Source: Heptranchias perlo (lineage: Eukaryota). Taken from it: a DNA stretch of 64,000 nt. A model generated the notes under the pieces. The model was not told the origin of the DNA. It ran no database searches and saw only the letters and a list, made by a program, of their open reading frames with translations. This document shows, piece by piece, positions 23,765 through 36,799 of this stretch (positions within the stretch are counted from its first letter, which is position 1; each line of letters starts with the position of its first letter). Location of the stretch: NCBI RefSeq assembly GCF_035084215.1, contig NW_027139217.1:186001-250000 (forward strand), read 5' to 3'. The translations under genes and the position numbers were made by a program.

Positions 23765-25098
23765 GAATTCACCGGGATCTGATCCCATTCCATTAATTCA
23801 CCGGGATCTGATCACGTTCCATTAATTCACCGGGATCTGATCCCGTTTCTTTAATTCACCGGGATCTGATCCCATTCCATTAATTCACCTGGATCCTATC
23901 CCATTCCATTAATTCACCAGGATCTGATCCCATTCCATTAATTCACTGGGATCCGATCCCATTCCTTTAATTCACCGGGATCTGATCCCATTCCTTTAAT
24001 TCACTGGGATCTGATCCCATTCCATTAATTCACTGGGATCCGATCCGATTCCTTTAATTCACCGGGATCTGATCCCATTCCTTTAATTCACTGGGATCTG
24101 ATCCCATTCCATTAATTCACCAGGATCTGATCCCGCTCCATTAACTCACCGGGATCTGATCCCATTCCTTTAATTAACCGGGATCTGATCCCATTCCTTT
24201 CATACACCGGGATCTGATCCCATTCCATTAATTCACTGGAATCTGATCCCATTCCTTTAATTCACCGGGATCTGATCCCATTCCTTTAATTTACTGGGAT
24301 CTGATCCCATTCCTTTAATTCACTGGGATCTGATCCCATTCCTTTAATTCACCGGGATCTGATCCCATTCCTTTAATTCACCGGGATCTGATCCCATTCC
24401 ATTAATTCACTGGGATCCGATCCGATTCCTTTAATTCACCGGGATCTGATCCCATTCCTTTAATTCACTGGGATCTGATCCCATTCCATTAATTCACCAG
24501 GATCTGATCCCGCTCCATTAACTCACCGGGATCTGATCCCATTCCTTTAATTAACCGGGATCTGATCCCATTCCTTTCATACACCGGGATCTGATCCCAT
24601 TCCATTAATTCACTGGAATCTGATCCCATTCCTTTAATTCACCGGGATCTGATCCCATTCCTTTAATTTACTGGGATCTGATCCCATTCCTTTAATTCAA
24701 TGGGATCTGATCCCATTCCTTTAATTCACCGGGATCTGATCCCATTCCTTTAATTCACTGGGATCTGATCCCATTCCATTAATTCACTGGGATCTGATCC
24801 CATTCCTTTAATTCACCGGGATCTGATCCCACTCCTTTAATTCACCGGGATCTGATCCCATTCCTTTAATTCACCGGGATCTGATCCCATTCCTTTAATT
24901 CACCGGGATCTGATCCCACTCCTTTAATTCACCGGGATCTGATCCCATTCCTTTAATTCACCGGGATCTGATCCCATTCCTTTAATTCACCGGGATCTGA
25001 TCCCATTCCATTCATTCACCAGGATCTGATCCCATTCCTTTAATTCACTGGGATCTGATCCCATTCCATTAATTCACCGGGATCTGATCCCGTTCCTT
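23765..25098. repeat. 29-bp minisatellite
   Basis: ttaattcaccgggatctgatcccattcct, ~45 copies. Internal inverted repeat GGGATC-T-GATCCC. Confidence 0.97.
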
Positions 25099-25519
25099 TC
25101 GGCCGTGCTGTGCTCAGTGGATTGGAATTCAGTTACTGAGCCAGCAATGATTGGATGGAACATCAGCTCCTGACCATTGACGGGCCGAATGGGGCAGAAT
25201 GTGAATCTAATCATCGGGATCTTTCCCATTTGTTGGGAATCTCTTCAAGCGTGAACTCCTTTTTGAGACATTTTTTAGACCGGCTAAATTTGGAGGGCCG
25301 ACCACATGTTTTTCCACAAACTCCCCGGCTCCCGTACAGTGTTCACTTTTAGCACAACCCAGAACTCAATCAGGGTGGGTTACAGAGCAGGAGAGTGTGG
25401 GTCACCCACTGGTCAGGGTGGGTTCCAGAGCAGGAGAGTGTGGGTCACCCACTGGTCAGGGTGGGTTACAGAGCAGGAGAGTGCGGGTCATACTGTCTGT
25501 CTGGAGACACACTGAGACC

Positions 25520-27170
25520 CCACACCCAGTCTGAAAGTGGATAATGTCCTATTGGACCGTTCACACCTCGGGCCTGTTGAAATGCCAAGTGAACCCACCC
25601 TTGTCCACTGGTCCAGAAGCCCGTTGATCCTGAATGAGGCCTCCCGCCCATATGTCGAAGCATTATCTGAAGAGCCTGATGGCTGTAGCCCAACCCCTGG
25701 TGAACACTGTGCTCCCAGGACAACCAGCTCGAGTTCAGATGCTGTGACAAAGGAGACCTGTGGAAACATTACTGGTGGAGCGAGGCTCAACTGGAGAAAT
25801 ATCCCCACCAGTTGGTCCTTCTGGATGACGAAACTGACTGTGACTCTCACTCACTCTCTCAGTGTGGATGGGAGAAGACCCTGATCTCACCTATCAGTTC
25901 ACCCACTGGTAGATAGTTCCTCTGGTGGTCAAACCAAACCACATTGTGAAAACACAGAGACTCAAGCTGCTAATGCCGAGGATTCTCACTACTCCTGGTC
26001 TCCTGGACCCAAGTGTCCAGAGTGATCCACGTCCACATGGAAGGACTGGAAATGGCCCACCATCCAGATCTGTGGTGGGCTATCAAGGCAGGAATCACTG
26101 CTTGGGGAGGTGGAGCTGGACAGGGTCTCGAAGGTTACTTGTTGTGATCTCCCTGTATTCCAGGTCCTAATCTGGAATGACGGGCTGGCCTGGAACAAAG
26201 GACATTGGGGTCCGGTTAAAGCCTTGAAAAGGCTGCTGTCCCTGAAGGGGTCTCTAGATGGGGGATGGGCTAAGCTACAAAGTGAGACTGTGCCCCCTTG
26301 GGTGCCAATCCAGGAATGCCTGAAGGTTCTGCTGGAGATGCTTGTCGCCCTGCAGCAGCTCCTCCACTTGCTCACCACAGAAGCCCTCAGCATCGAATGG
26401 CAGCTGCAGTCGTTGCTGCTCCAGTTCCTGAAGGAATCCCAAGGTGCACAGACAAGCTAATTGGCGATACAAGATCCACTGGACGATGGACAGTGCTCCT
26501 ACATCGAGGGCACACACACGGCCTGCTGCTGCAGTGATGCTCTCTGAAGGTGGTCCTCACTCTGTGGCAGGGATTCCTCCCTCAACTCACCTGCGAGACA
26601 TTAACCTGCTGATAATAAAGTCGGCCCCAGTGGATTTGGTTCAGGGAACACGGGATATGCCCCAAACCCTGCAGGAAGGTCCACCAGACCCACATGTCCC
26701 ACCATTTGGATTGTGGTGGGTGGAACAGGACCAGTTTCCTGGGCGGTGACCTTCCTTCTGATGTTTTCAGGACTGAAGTTCACCAGGGGGATCAGTGAAC
26801 TGCAAGGTGTGACGCAGGGTGGTGGAGGCACTATGGACACTGTCCACCTTGGCCATAACCGGAGGCTGCTTATCAAGTCTGCCCAAACTGCCCTGGAGAT
26901 TGGTGGGACGAATCCAGCAAAGGTCGGTGCCAGAGGCCTTTACAAGACCCCCAGTAAAGACTCAACCCCCCGGGTGCAGGGACTTGTGGAACTGAGAGTT
27001 TCAGACTCTGGGTCACACTTGTGTTGAAGAGATGAAGAAGCCTCAGTGACTGGAGGTCGTGGTCTGAATCAGGCTCCCAACTGGGCTTCCGAAGGTGGGA
27101 AGCCTCCGGGCAGCTTCCTCGGGCTGAACCGACAGGGCGGCTACATCAGCACCGAGTTCATGAACACAAG
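25520..27170 (-). mobile_element. Probable DIRS-type retrotransposon remnant (gag and start of RT)
   Basis: Minus-strand RQLACLCTLGFLQELEQQRLQLPFDAEGFCGEQVEELL resembles the DIRS gag 'LPFxGxxLFG' motif. GGR...FWTSGQGWVHLAF resembles the DIRS RT N-terminus. Heavily degenerate. Confidence 0.4.
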
Positions 27171-27171
27171 G

Positions 27172-30100
27172 GCTGATCGAGTTACACCCTGGAGACATGA
27201 GCCCTGTCACTCTGAGACTACTGAACGAGTTAAACCCTGGAGACATGAGCCGTGTCACTCTGAGAGTACTGATCGAGTTAAACCCTGGAGACATGAGCCC
27301 TGTCACTCTGAGAGTACTGATCGAGTTACACCCTGGAGACATGAGCCCTGTCACTCTGAGAGTACTGATCGAGTTACACCCTGGAGACATGAGCCCTGTC
27401 ACTCTGAGAGTACTGATCGAGTTAAACCCTGGAGACATGAGCCGTGTCACTCTGAGAGTACTGATCGAGTTAAACCCTGGAGACATGAGCCCTGTCACTC
27501 TGAGAGTACTGATCGAGTTAAACCCTGGAGACATGAGCCCTGTCACTCTGAGAGTACTGATCGAGTTAAACCCTGGAGACATGAGCCGTGTCACTCTGAG
27601 AGTACTGATCGAGTTAAACCCTGGAGACATGAGCACTGTCACTCTGAGAGTACTGATCGAGTTACACCCTGGAGACATGAGCCCTGTCACTCTGAGAGTA
27701 CTGATCGAGTTACACCCTGGAGACATGAACCGTGTCACTCTGAGAGTACTGATCGAGTTAAACCGTGGAGACATGAGCCCTGTCACTCTGAGAGTACTGA
27801 TCGAGTTAAACCGTGGAGACATGAGCCCTGTCACTCTGAGAGTACTGATCGAGTTAAACCCTGGAGACATGAGCCCTGTCACTCTGAGAGTACTGATCGA
27901 GTTAAACCCTGGAGACATGAGCCGTGTCACTCTGAGAGTACTGATCGAGTTAAACCCTGGAGACATGAGCCCTGTCACTCTGAGAGTACTGATCGAGTTA
28001 AACCCTGGAGACATGAGCCCTGTCACTCTGAGAGTACTGATCGAGTTAAACCCTGGAGACATGAGCCCTGTCACTCTGAGAGTACTGATCGAGTTAAACC
28101 CTGGAGACATGAGCCCTGTCACTCTGGGAGTACTGATCGAGTTAAACCCTGGAGACATGAGCCCTGTCACTCTGAGAGCACTGATCGAGTTACACCCTAG
28201 TAACATGAGCCCTGTCACTCTGAGAGTACTGATCGAGTTACACCCTGGAGACATGAGCCCTGTCACTCTGAGTACTGATCGAGTTAAACCCTGGAGACAT
28301 GAGCCCTGTCACTCTGAGTACTGATCGAGTTAAACCCTGGAGACATGAGCCCTGTCACTCAGAGAGTACTGATCGAGTTAAACCGTGGAGACATGAGCCC
28401 TGTCACTCTGAGAGTACTGATCGAGTTAAACCCTGGAGACATGAGCTCTGTCACTCAGAGTACTGATCGAGTTAAACCGTGGAGACATGAGCCCTGTCAC
28501 TCTGAGAGTACTGATCGAGTTAAACCCTGGAGACATGAGACCTGTCACTCTGAGAGTACTGATCGAGTTAAACCCTCGAGACATGAGCCCTGTCACTCTG
28601 AGAGTACTGATTGAGTTAAACCCTGGAGACATGAGCCGTGTCACTCTGAGAGTACTGATCGAGTTAAACCCTGGAGACATGAGCCCTGTCACTCTGAGAG
28701 TACTGATCGAGTTAAACCCTGGAGACATGAGCCCTGTCACTCTGAGTACTGATCGAGTTAAACCCTGGAGACATGAGCCCCGTCACTCTGAGAGTACTGA
28801 TCGAGTTAAACCCTGGAGACATGAGCCCTGTCACTCTGAGTACTGATCGAGTTAAACCCTGGAGACATGAGCCCTGTCACTCTGAGAGTACTGATCGAGT
28901 TAAACCCTGGAGACATGAGCCCTGTCACTCTGAGTACTGATCGAGTTAAACCCTGGAGACATGAGCCCTGTCACTCTGAGAGTACAGATCGAGTTAAACC
29001 CTGGAGACATGAGCCCTGTCACTCTGAGAGTACTGATCGAGTTAAACCCTGGAGACATGAGCCCTGTCACTCTGAGAGTACTGATCGAGTTAAACCCTGG
29101 AGACATGAGCCCTGTCACTCTGAGAGTACTGATCGAGTTACACCCTGGAGACATGAGCCCTGTCACTCTGGGAGTACTGATCGAGTTAAACCGTGGAGAC
29201 ATGAGCCCTGTCACTCTGAGAGTACTGATCGAGTTAAACCCTGGAGACATGAGCACTGTCACTCTGAGAGTACTGATCGAGTTACACCCTGGAGACATGA
29301 ACCGTGTCACTCTGAGAGTACTGATCGAGTTAAACCGTGGAGACATGAGCCCTGTCACTCTGAGAGTACTGATCGAGTTAAACCGTGGAGACATGAGCCC
29401 TGTCACTCCGAGAGTACTGATCGAGTTAAACCCTGGAGACATGAGCCCTGTCACTCTGAGAGTACTGATCGAGTTAAACCCTGGAGACATGAGCCCTGTC
29501 ACACTGAGTACTGATCGAGTTAAACCCTCGAGACATGAGCCCTGTCACTCTGAGAGTACTGATCGAGTTAAACCCTGGAGACATGAGCCGTGTCACTCTG
29601 AGAGTACTGATCGAGTTACACCCTGGAGACATGAGCCGTGTCACTCAGAGTACTGATCGAGTTAAACCGTGGAGACATGAGCCCTGTCACTCTGAGAGTA
29701 CTGATCGAGTTAAACCCTGGAGACATGAGCCCTGTCACTCTGAGAGTACTGATCGAGTTAAACCCTGGAGACATGAGCCCTGTCACTCTGAGAGTACTGA
29801 TCGAGTTAAACCCTGGAGACATGAGCCCTGTCACTCTGAGAGTACTGATCGAGTTAAACCCTGGAGACATGAGCCCTGTCACTCTGAGAGTACTGATCGA
29901 GTTAAACCCTGGAGACATGAGCCCTGTCACTCTGAGAGTACTGATCGAGTTAAACCCGAGAGACATGAGCCTTGTCACTCTGAGAGGACTGATCGAGTTA
30001 AACCCGAGAGACATGAGCCCTGTCACTCTGAGAGTACTGATCGAGTTACACCCTGGAGACATGAGCCCTGTCACTCTGAGAGTACTGATCGAGTTAAACC

Positions 30101-30487
30101 CTGGAGACATGAGCCCTGTCACTCTGAGAGTACTGATCGAGTTAAACCCTGGAGACATGAGCCCTGTCACTCTGAGAGGACTGATCGAGTTAAACCCTGG
30201 AGACATGAGCCCTGTCACTCTGAGAGTACTGATCGAGTTAAACCGTGGAGACATGAGCCCTGTCACTCTGAGTACTGATTGAGTTAAACCCTGGAGACAT
30301 GAGCCCTGTCACTCTGAGAGTACTGATCGAGTTAAACCCTGGAGACATGAGCCCTGTCACTCTGAGAGTACTGATCGAGTTACACCCTGGAGACATGAGC
30401 CCTGTCACTCTGAGTACTGATTGAGTTACACCCTGGAGACATGAGCCCTGTCACTCTGAGTACTGATTGAGTTAAACCCTGGAGACC
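27172..30487. repeat. 48-bp minisatellite
   Basis: ctgatcgagttaaaccctggagacatgagccctgtcactctgagagta, ~69 copies, with some 46-bp variants. Confidence 0.98.
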
Positions 30488-30797
30488 CTGTAAACTGTAA
30501 TGACCACACTTGGTGCAGCCGAGATCAGCACAGAGACTGAACTTGGAGTGTTGCTGGTCTGTTGAGCTCAGTCACACGCTGCATTGTGCACTTACCGACT
30601 GAAGGACTGTGTGAGCTCGCAGAACAGGTACCCAGCAGACCTTTGGAGAAATTGCTCAGATGCCCTGTCACTCTGAGTCATTCTGTTTTTTGGTCAGCCG
30701 GGTGTCTGACCGAATTTATTTAATGATGTAGCTTCCACAGCTTCCTGGGGCAGCAAATTCCACAGACCTACTACCCTCTGAGTGAAGAAGTTTCTCC

Positions 30798-33519
30798 TTA
30801 TCTCAGTTTTGAAAGAACAACCCCTTGTTCTAAGATTATGCCCCTAGTTCTAGTTTCACCCATCCTTGGGAACATCCTTACCACATCCACCCGATCAAGC
30901 CCCTTCACAATCTTATATGTTTCAATAAGATCGCCTCTCAATCTTCTGAACTCCAATAAGTGGAGTCCCAATCTACTCAACCTCTCCTCATATGTCCGCC
31001 CCCTCATCCCAGGGATTAACCGAGTGAACCTTCTTTGTACTGCCTCGAGAGCAAGTATGTCTTTTCTTAAGTATGGAGACCAAAACTGTATGCAGTATTC
31101 CAGGTGCGGTCTCACCAATACCTTATATAACTGCAGCAATACCTCCCTGTTTCTTTATTCTATCCCCCAAGCAATAAAAGCCAACATTCCGTTGGCCTTC
31201 TTGATCACCTGCTGCACCTGCATACTAACTTTTTGATTTTCTTGCACTAAGACCCCCAGATCCCTTTGTACTGCAGTACTTTCCAGTTTCTCGCCATTAA
31301 GATAATAACTTGCTCTCTGATTTTTCCTGCCAAAGTGCATAACCTCACATTTTCCAATATTATATTGCATCTGCCAAATCTCCGCCCACTCACCCAGCCT
31401 GTCTATATCCCCCTGTAGGTTTTTTATGTCCTCCTCACTCTCCACTTTCCCTCCCATCTTTGTATCATCTGCAAACTTTGATATGTTACACTCGGTCACC
31501 TCCTCCAAATCGTTAATATAGATTGGAAAGAGTTGGGGACCCAGCACCGACCCCTGCGGAACACCACTGGCTACTGGTTACCAGTCCGAGGATGAACCAT
31601 TTATCCCAACTCTCTGCTTCCTGTTAGATAACCAATCCTCCACCCATGCCAGAATATTACCCCCAATCCAGTGATTCTTTATCTTGAGCAATAATCTTTT
31701 ATGTGGCACCTTGTCAAATGCCTTCTGGAAGTCTAAATGCACTACGTCCACTGGTTCCCCTTTATCCACCCTGTACGTTATGTCCTCAAAGAACTCAAGC
31801 AAATTTGTCAGACATGACTTCCCCTTCGTAAAGCCATGCTGACTTTGTCCTATTAAATTATGTTTATCCAAATGTTCCACTACTGTCTCCTTAATAATAG
31901 ATTCCAAAATGTTACCCACCACAGATGTTCGGCTAACTGGTCTGTAATTTCCAGCCTTCTGCCCACTCCCATTTTAAATAAGGGTGTTACATTGGCAGTT
32001 TTCCAATCTGCCGGGACCTTTGCCGAGTCCAGAGAATTTTGGAAAATTATTACCAAAGCATCCACAATCCCTACTGCCACTTCCCTCAAGACCCTAGGAT
32101 GTAAGCCATCAGGTCCAGGGGATTTATCCGCCTTGAGTCCCATTATTTTACTGAGTACCAATTCCTTAGTGATTTTAATCGTATTTAGCTCCTCCCCCCC
32201 TAGTGCCCCCTGTTTGTCCAATGTTGGGATATTCTTAGTGTCCTCTACCGTAAAGACTGAAACAAAATATTTGTTCAGCATTTTTGCCATCTTCATGTTT
32301 CCCACCATTAATTTCCCGGTCTCATCCTCTAAGGGACCTATGTTTGCCTTTGCCACCCTTTTTCTTTTTATATAACTAAAGAAACTCTTGCTATCTGTTT
32401 TTATATTTTTTGCTAATTTATTTTCATAATCTATCTTCCCTTTCTTAATCAATCCTTTAGTTACTTTTTCTGTCTTTTGAAGACTTCCCAATCTTCTATC
32501 CTCCCACTAAGTTTGGCTACCTTATATGTCCTTGTTTTTAGTCGGATACTATCCTTAATTTCCTTACTTAGCCACGGATGGCTGTCATTTCTTTTACACC
32601 CTTTTTTCCTCAGTGGAATATATTCTTTTTGAAAGTTGTAAAATAACTCCCTAAATGAACACCACTGCTCATGTACCGTCTTACCCTTTAATCTATTTTC
32701 CCAGTCCACTTTAATCAATTCCGCTCTCATACCATCACAGTCTCCTTTATTCAAGCTCAGTACGCTTGTTTGAGAACCAACCTTCTCACCATCTAATTGG
32801 ATATGGAATGTAACCATGTTATGGTCACTCATTCCAAGGGGATCCTTAACTAGGACATTATTAATTAATCCTGGCTCATTACACAGGACCAGGTCCAAGG
32901 TTGCTTGCCCCCTTGTAGGATCAGTTACATACTGCTCAAGAAATCCATCCCTAATACACTCTTCCTCAAGGCTGCCCTGCCCAATTTGATTTGTCCAGTT
33001 AATATGATAGTTAAAATCCCCCATAATTATAGCTGTTCCCTTATTACATGCCCCGACTATTTCCTGATTAATACTTCTTCCAGCAGAGTTGCAACTATTA
33101 GGAGGCCTATATACTACGCCCACGAGTGTTTTTTCCCCCTTATTATTCCTTATCTCTGCCCAAACTGTTTCATTATCCTGATCCTTTGTCCCAATATCAT
33201 TTCTCTGTGTTACAGTGATTCATTCCTTTATTAACAGACCCACCCCACCTCCCCTTCCTTCCTGCCTGTCCTTCCTGATTGTTAAATACCCTGGCATATT
33301 TAATTCCCAGTCATTGTCACCCTGCAGCCATGTTTCTGTAATGGCCACAAGATCATACCCATACGTAGCTATTTGTGCCGTTAACTCGTCCATTTTGTTA
33401 CGAATGCTACGTGCATTCAGATAAAGAACTTTCAAATATGTTTTGTGACACTTAGTTCCTGCTTTTTCCTTTTTTAACACTTTACCTTTTACTCCATACC
33501 TTCTGTCCCTTCCTGACAC
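30798..33519 (-). pseudogene. CR1 ORF2 (APE-RT), fragmented
   Basis: Six consecutive minus-strand ORF pieces, colinear with CR1 ORF2 and separated by frameshifts or stops. Confidence 0.92.
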
Positions 33520-33926
33520 GCTTTCCTCTGTCTCCCTGCTCAGGTTCCCAACCCCCTGCCACAGCTTTGATGCTGGGTTAATCGCCTTACGCCTTCTAGT
33601 TTTTATTTTATCTGTCGTGCCTAATGTACACTTTCTTTCCGCTGCTCTACGCTTTTCCCTCTCACTTGTACTTGAACAACTGTTTGTACTATCTGTATTG
33701 TAGATTTCCCCTGGGTCTTCCCCTCTCTTGCTGCTCTCAACTTTATTCCCTTCTGACTCCCCGCTCAGGTTCCCGTCCCCCTGCCATTCTAGTTTAAACC
33801 TTCCCCAACAGCACTAGCAAACACCCCCGCGAGGACATTGGTCCCGGTCCTGCTCGGGTGTAACCCGTCACGCTTGTACAGGTCCCACCTTCCCCAGAAC
33901 CGGTCCCAATGTCCCAGGAATCGAAA

Positions 33927-34739
33927 TCACTCCCTCCTACACCATCCCTGCAGCCACGCATTCATCCAGTCTATTCTCCTGTTCCTATACTCACTAGCAC
34001 GTGGCACTGGTAGTAATCCTGAGATCACTACCTTTGAAGTCCTGCTTTTTAATTTATCTCCTAACTCCTTAAATTCACCTTGCAGGACCTCATCCCTTTT
34101 TTTACCTATGTCGTTGGTACCAATATGGACCACGACTACTGGCTGTTCACCCTCCCCCTCCAGAATGCCCTGCAGCCGCTCCGTGACATCCTTGACCCTA
34201 GCACCAGGGAGGCAACATACCATCCTGGAGTCACGTTTGCGGCCGCAGAAACACCTATCTGTTCCCCTTACAATCGAATCCCCTATCACTATAGCCCTGC
34301 CACTCTTCTTCCTCCCCTCCTGTGGAGCAGAGCCACCCGTGGTGCCTCGAACCTGGCTCTTGCTGCATTCCCCTGATAAACCATCTCCCCCAACAGTATC
34401 GAAAGCAGAATATCTGTTTGAGAGGGAGATGGCCCTAGGGGACTCCTGCTCTACCTGCCGAGTCCTTTTACTCTGCCTGGCGGTCACCCATTTCCTTTCT
34501 GCCTGTGTAATCTTTACCTGCGGTGTGACCACCTCACTGAACGTGCTATCCATGATAGTCTCAGCATCGCGGATGCTCCACAGTGAATCCACCCGCAGCT
34601 CCAGCTCCGAAATGCGGTTAGCCAGTAGTTGCAGCTGGACACACTTCCTGCACACATGGTCGCCAGGGACACTGGTCGTGTCCATGACTTCCCACATAGT
34701 GCAGGAGGAGCATATCACGGGTGCGAGCTGTGCTGCCAT
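33927..34739 (-). pseudogene. CR1 ORF1p (zinc finger, leucine zipper, SGNH esterase), frameshifted at the C-terminus
   Basis: CSSCTMW...CRKC, LELRVDSL, VIGDSIVR, CCLPGARVKD, VVHIGTNDI. Confidence 0.9.
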
Positions 34740-35307
34740 GACTTGCCTTAGACTCTCAGACTCTCCTCCCGCTCTCGGTCTCTCCTTTTATACTGTGCTC
34801 ACCTCTCGGACTCTCCTGCTTCACTGGTGACGTCGCACAGTAGTTGTCTCTTTTTGCAGGTCTGCTGCTGCTTTTATTCCCCAATCTCAGTCTTCTACTC
34901 TCAGGTCCACTGCCGCTCTGGGGAAAAAGTTAGGAAAAGCAAGGCAGAGCAGCACCTCCTTCCACCAACTCCCTCACGTATCAAACTCTCCGTTCACACT
35001 GTGTATCCGCACACGGTGCTGTTCGCACTGACAGGCCCCTGTATTTCTACAGTTTGTGACTCAGATGAGTCAGGCCTGCCCCACCCTCAGGTACCAGTTT
35101 AATCTAGCCAACCAATTAACTTGCTACAGCAGCTCTCTCTGCTGAAGCCTGACAGAAACTTAAAAATTTAAACTTTAAAATTGAACTTAAACAGTTAATA
35201 GCAATTCAACTTAAAGAGTTGAAAGCAATATGCACTAGATTTTAAAGAGATTAACCCTTAAACTCCCACACGTACCAAACTCTCCATTCACACTGTGTTG
35301 TCCGCAC

Positions 35308-35562
35308 ATTCATTAATTGATAATAGATTCATCAATTGAGATCTGTTTCATTAATTGATATCAGTTTCATCAATTGATATCAGATTCATTAATTGATACC
35401 AGATTCATTAATTGATACCAGATTCATTAATTGATAATAGATTCATCAATTGAGATCTGTTTCATTAATTGATACCAGATTCATTAATTGATACCAGATT
35501 CATTAATTGATATCAGTTTCATTAATTGATACCAGATTCATTAATTGATACCAGATTCATTA
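35308..35562. repeat. ~19-bp AT-rich minisatellite
   Basis: agattcattaattgatacc repeats. Confidence 0.9.
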
Positions 35563-36585
35563 AGGGGACAGGACTCCTTTTCCCAGTCTCTCTCCTGAAG
35601 TTTTTTCCCAGTCGAGAGGGGCAGGTGACCAAAGTAACGGGATTCGGTGAATCGTCTGTCCCGCTCCTTGGTGACCTGGTGTTAGAATTGGGCGCACTTA
35701 CCGCCCGGTCCGATTCTCACTCAGGGAATTAACTTTACAAAACTGTCGTCAACCTATTTAATGAATGACATGAAACTAATTAAAGTCTATGAAAAGATGA
35801 ACCATTTTTGGAATCCCCATGAATCAACCTGTAACTTTGTGTTGCGGACTGAAGGAAACGCTGACCTGGTTACCGAGTGAGGGGAAAATGTAAGAATGTT
35901 TGTGTTTTGTTTGTGAGACACTTTCCCGACTGTATTTAGGAGTCGGGTTAAAAATGCTGAGTCTTTCTGACCCCAGGGATGTGTTAAATGAAGAGGAACA
36001 GCCGATTGCCGCCCGCTTTCCAGAGGAGAAGGAACTCTCCCCGGAGCAAGTTGCAACATAATGAAAGATTTGCACCCGAATCAAATCAAGGAGCTTTGAG
36101 GAGTGAGGCCAGAGTGAGAATCGTTCGAGTCCGGAAAGCTCAGCATCTTCAGTGTTTGTAGAAATGGTCAGTGTTTCTCAGCCCAGGAATCTGGGGCAAC
36201 CTTTGTTCAATTGAACAGGAGCGGGGCTTTGGATCAAACAAGAGTTTAGCAGCAAACAGTGTTCTTACTGGGAGTGGTGGGACTGAGAAATCCTTAAACA
36301 GCGGCAACCCTGGAAAGCAGAGCTCCAAATCTCGGCTTCAATAAAGTGCTGAACTGAGAGAGCGGAGGGCAGATGGGCATTGGATTCAATCCCAACTCAC
36401 TGGATCGAAACAAGGCAGTGAGTGTGGGCGGAGTGGGATTCCGGGACCTGTGTCTGAGCTGCACCTCGATCCGTCCCGTTCAGTAAAGAGAGAGCGGCAG
36501 ACGGCTCCCAGACACGGCCCAGACCGGGAGCGGGAGCGGGAGCGGCTGCATTAGAGAGCGGGGATCCTGCGCTGGGGTTGCGGCT

Positions 36586-36770
36586 GGCTGTCTGTCTGAG
36601 TCTGTGTCTGTCTGGTCTGTGTCTGTCTGGTCTCTCTGTCTGTCTGTCTGAGTCTGAGTCTGTCTCTGTCTGTCTGTCTGAGTCTGAGTCTGTCTGTCTC
36701 TGTCTGGTCTCTCTGTCTGTCTGTCTGAGTCTGAGTCTGTCTGTCTCTGTCTGGTCTGTCTGTCTGTCTG
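36586..36770. repeat. (TCTG)n-type microsatellite
   Basis: tctgtctgtctgagtctg runs. Confidence 0.92.
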
Positions 36771-36799
36771 CTCCAGCTTCCCCCCCCCCCCCCCCGGAG

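Larger units (their letters stand above)
30720..35000 (-). mobile_element. Near full-length CR1 LINE with disrupted ORF2 and truncated 3' end
   Basis: ORF1 plus ORF2 pieces: APE endonuclease (YLNARSIRNK, ITETWL, MGDFN, SDH), RT (QHGFTKGKSCLTNL, LDFQKAFDKVPH, FADDTK) and C-terminal LYKVLVRPHLEYC. Confidence 0.95.

Noticed and set aside
27043-30282. Repeat proteins (DRVKPWRHEPCHSEST)n or a CRISPR-like array
   Set aside because: The 48-bp unit is open in several frames on both strands and has frameshifting 46-bp variants. There are no unique spacers or cas genes, and the context is eukaryotic.
33838-34830. 330-aa plus-strand ORF
   Set aside because: It is the antisense shadow of CR1 ORF1.
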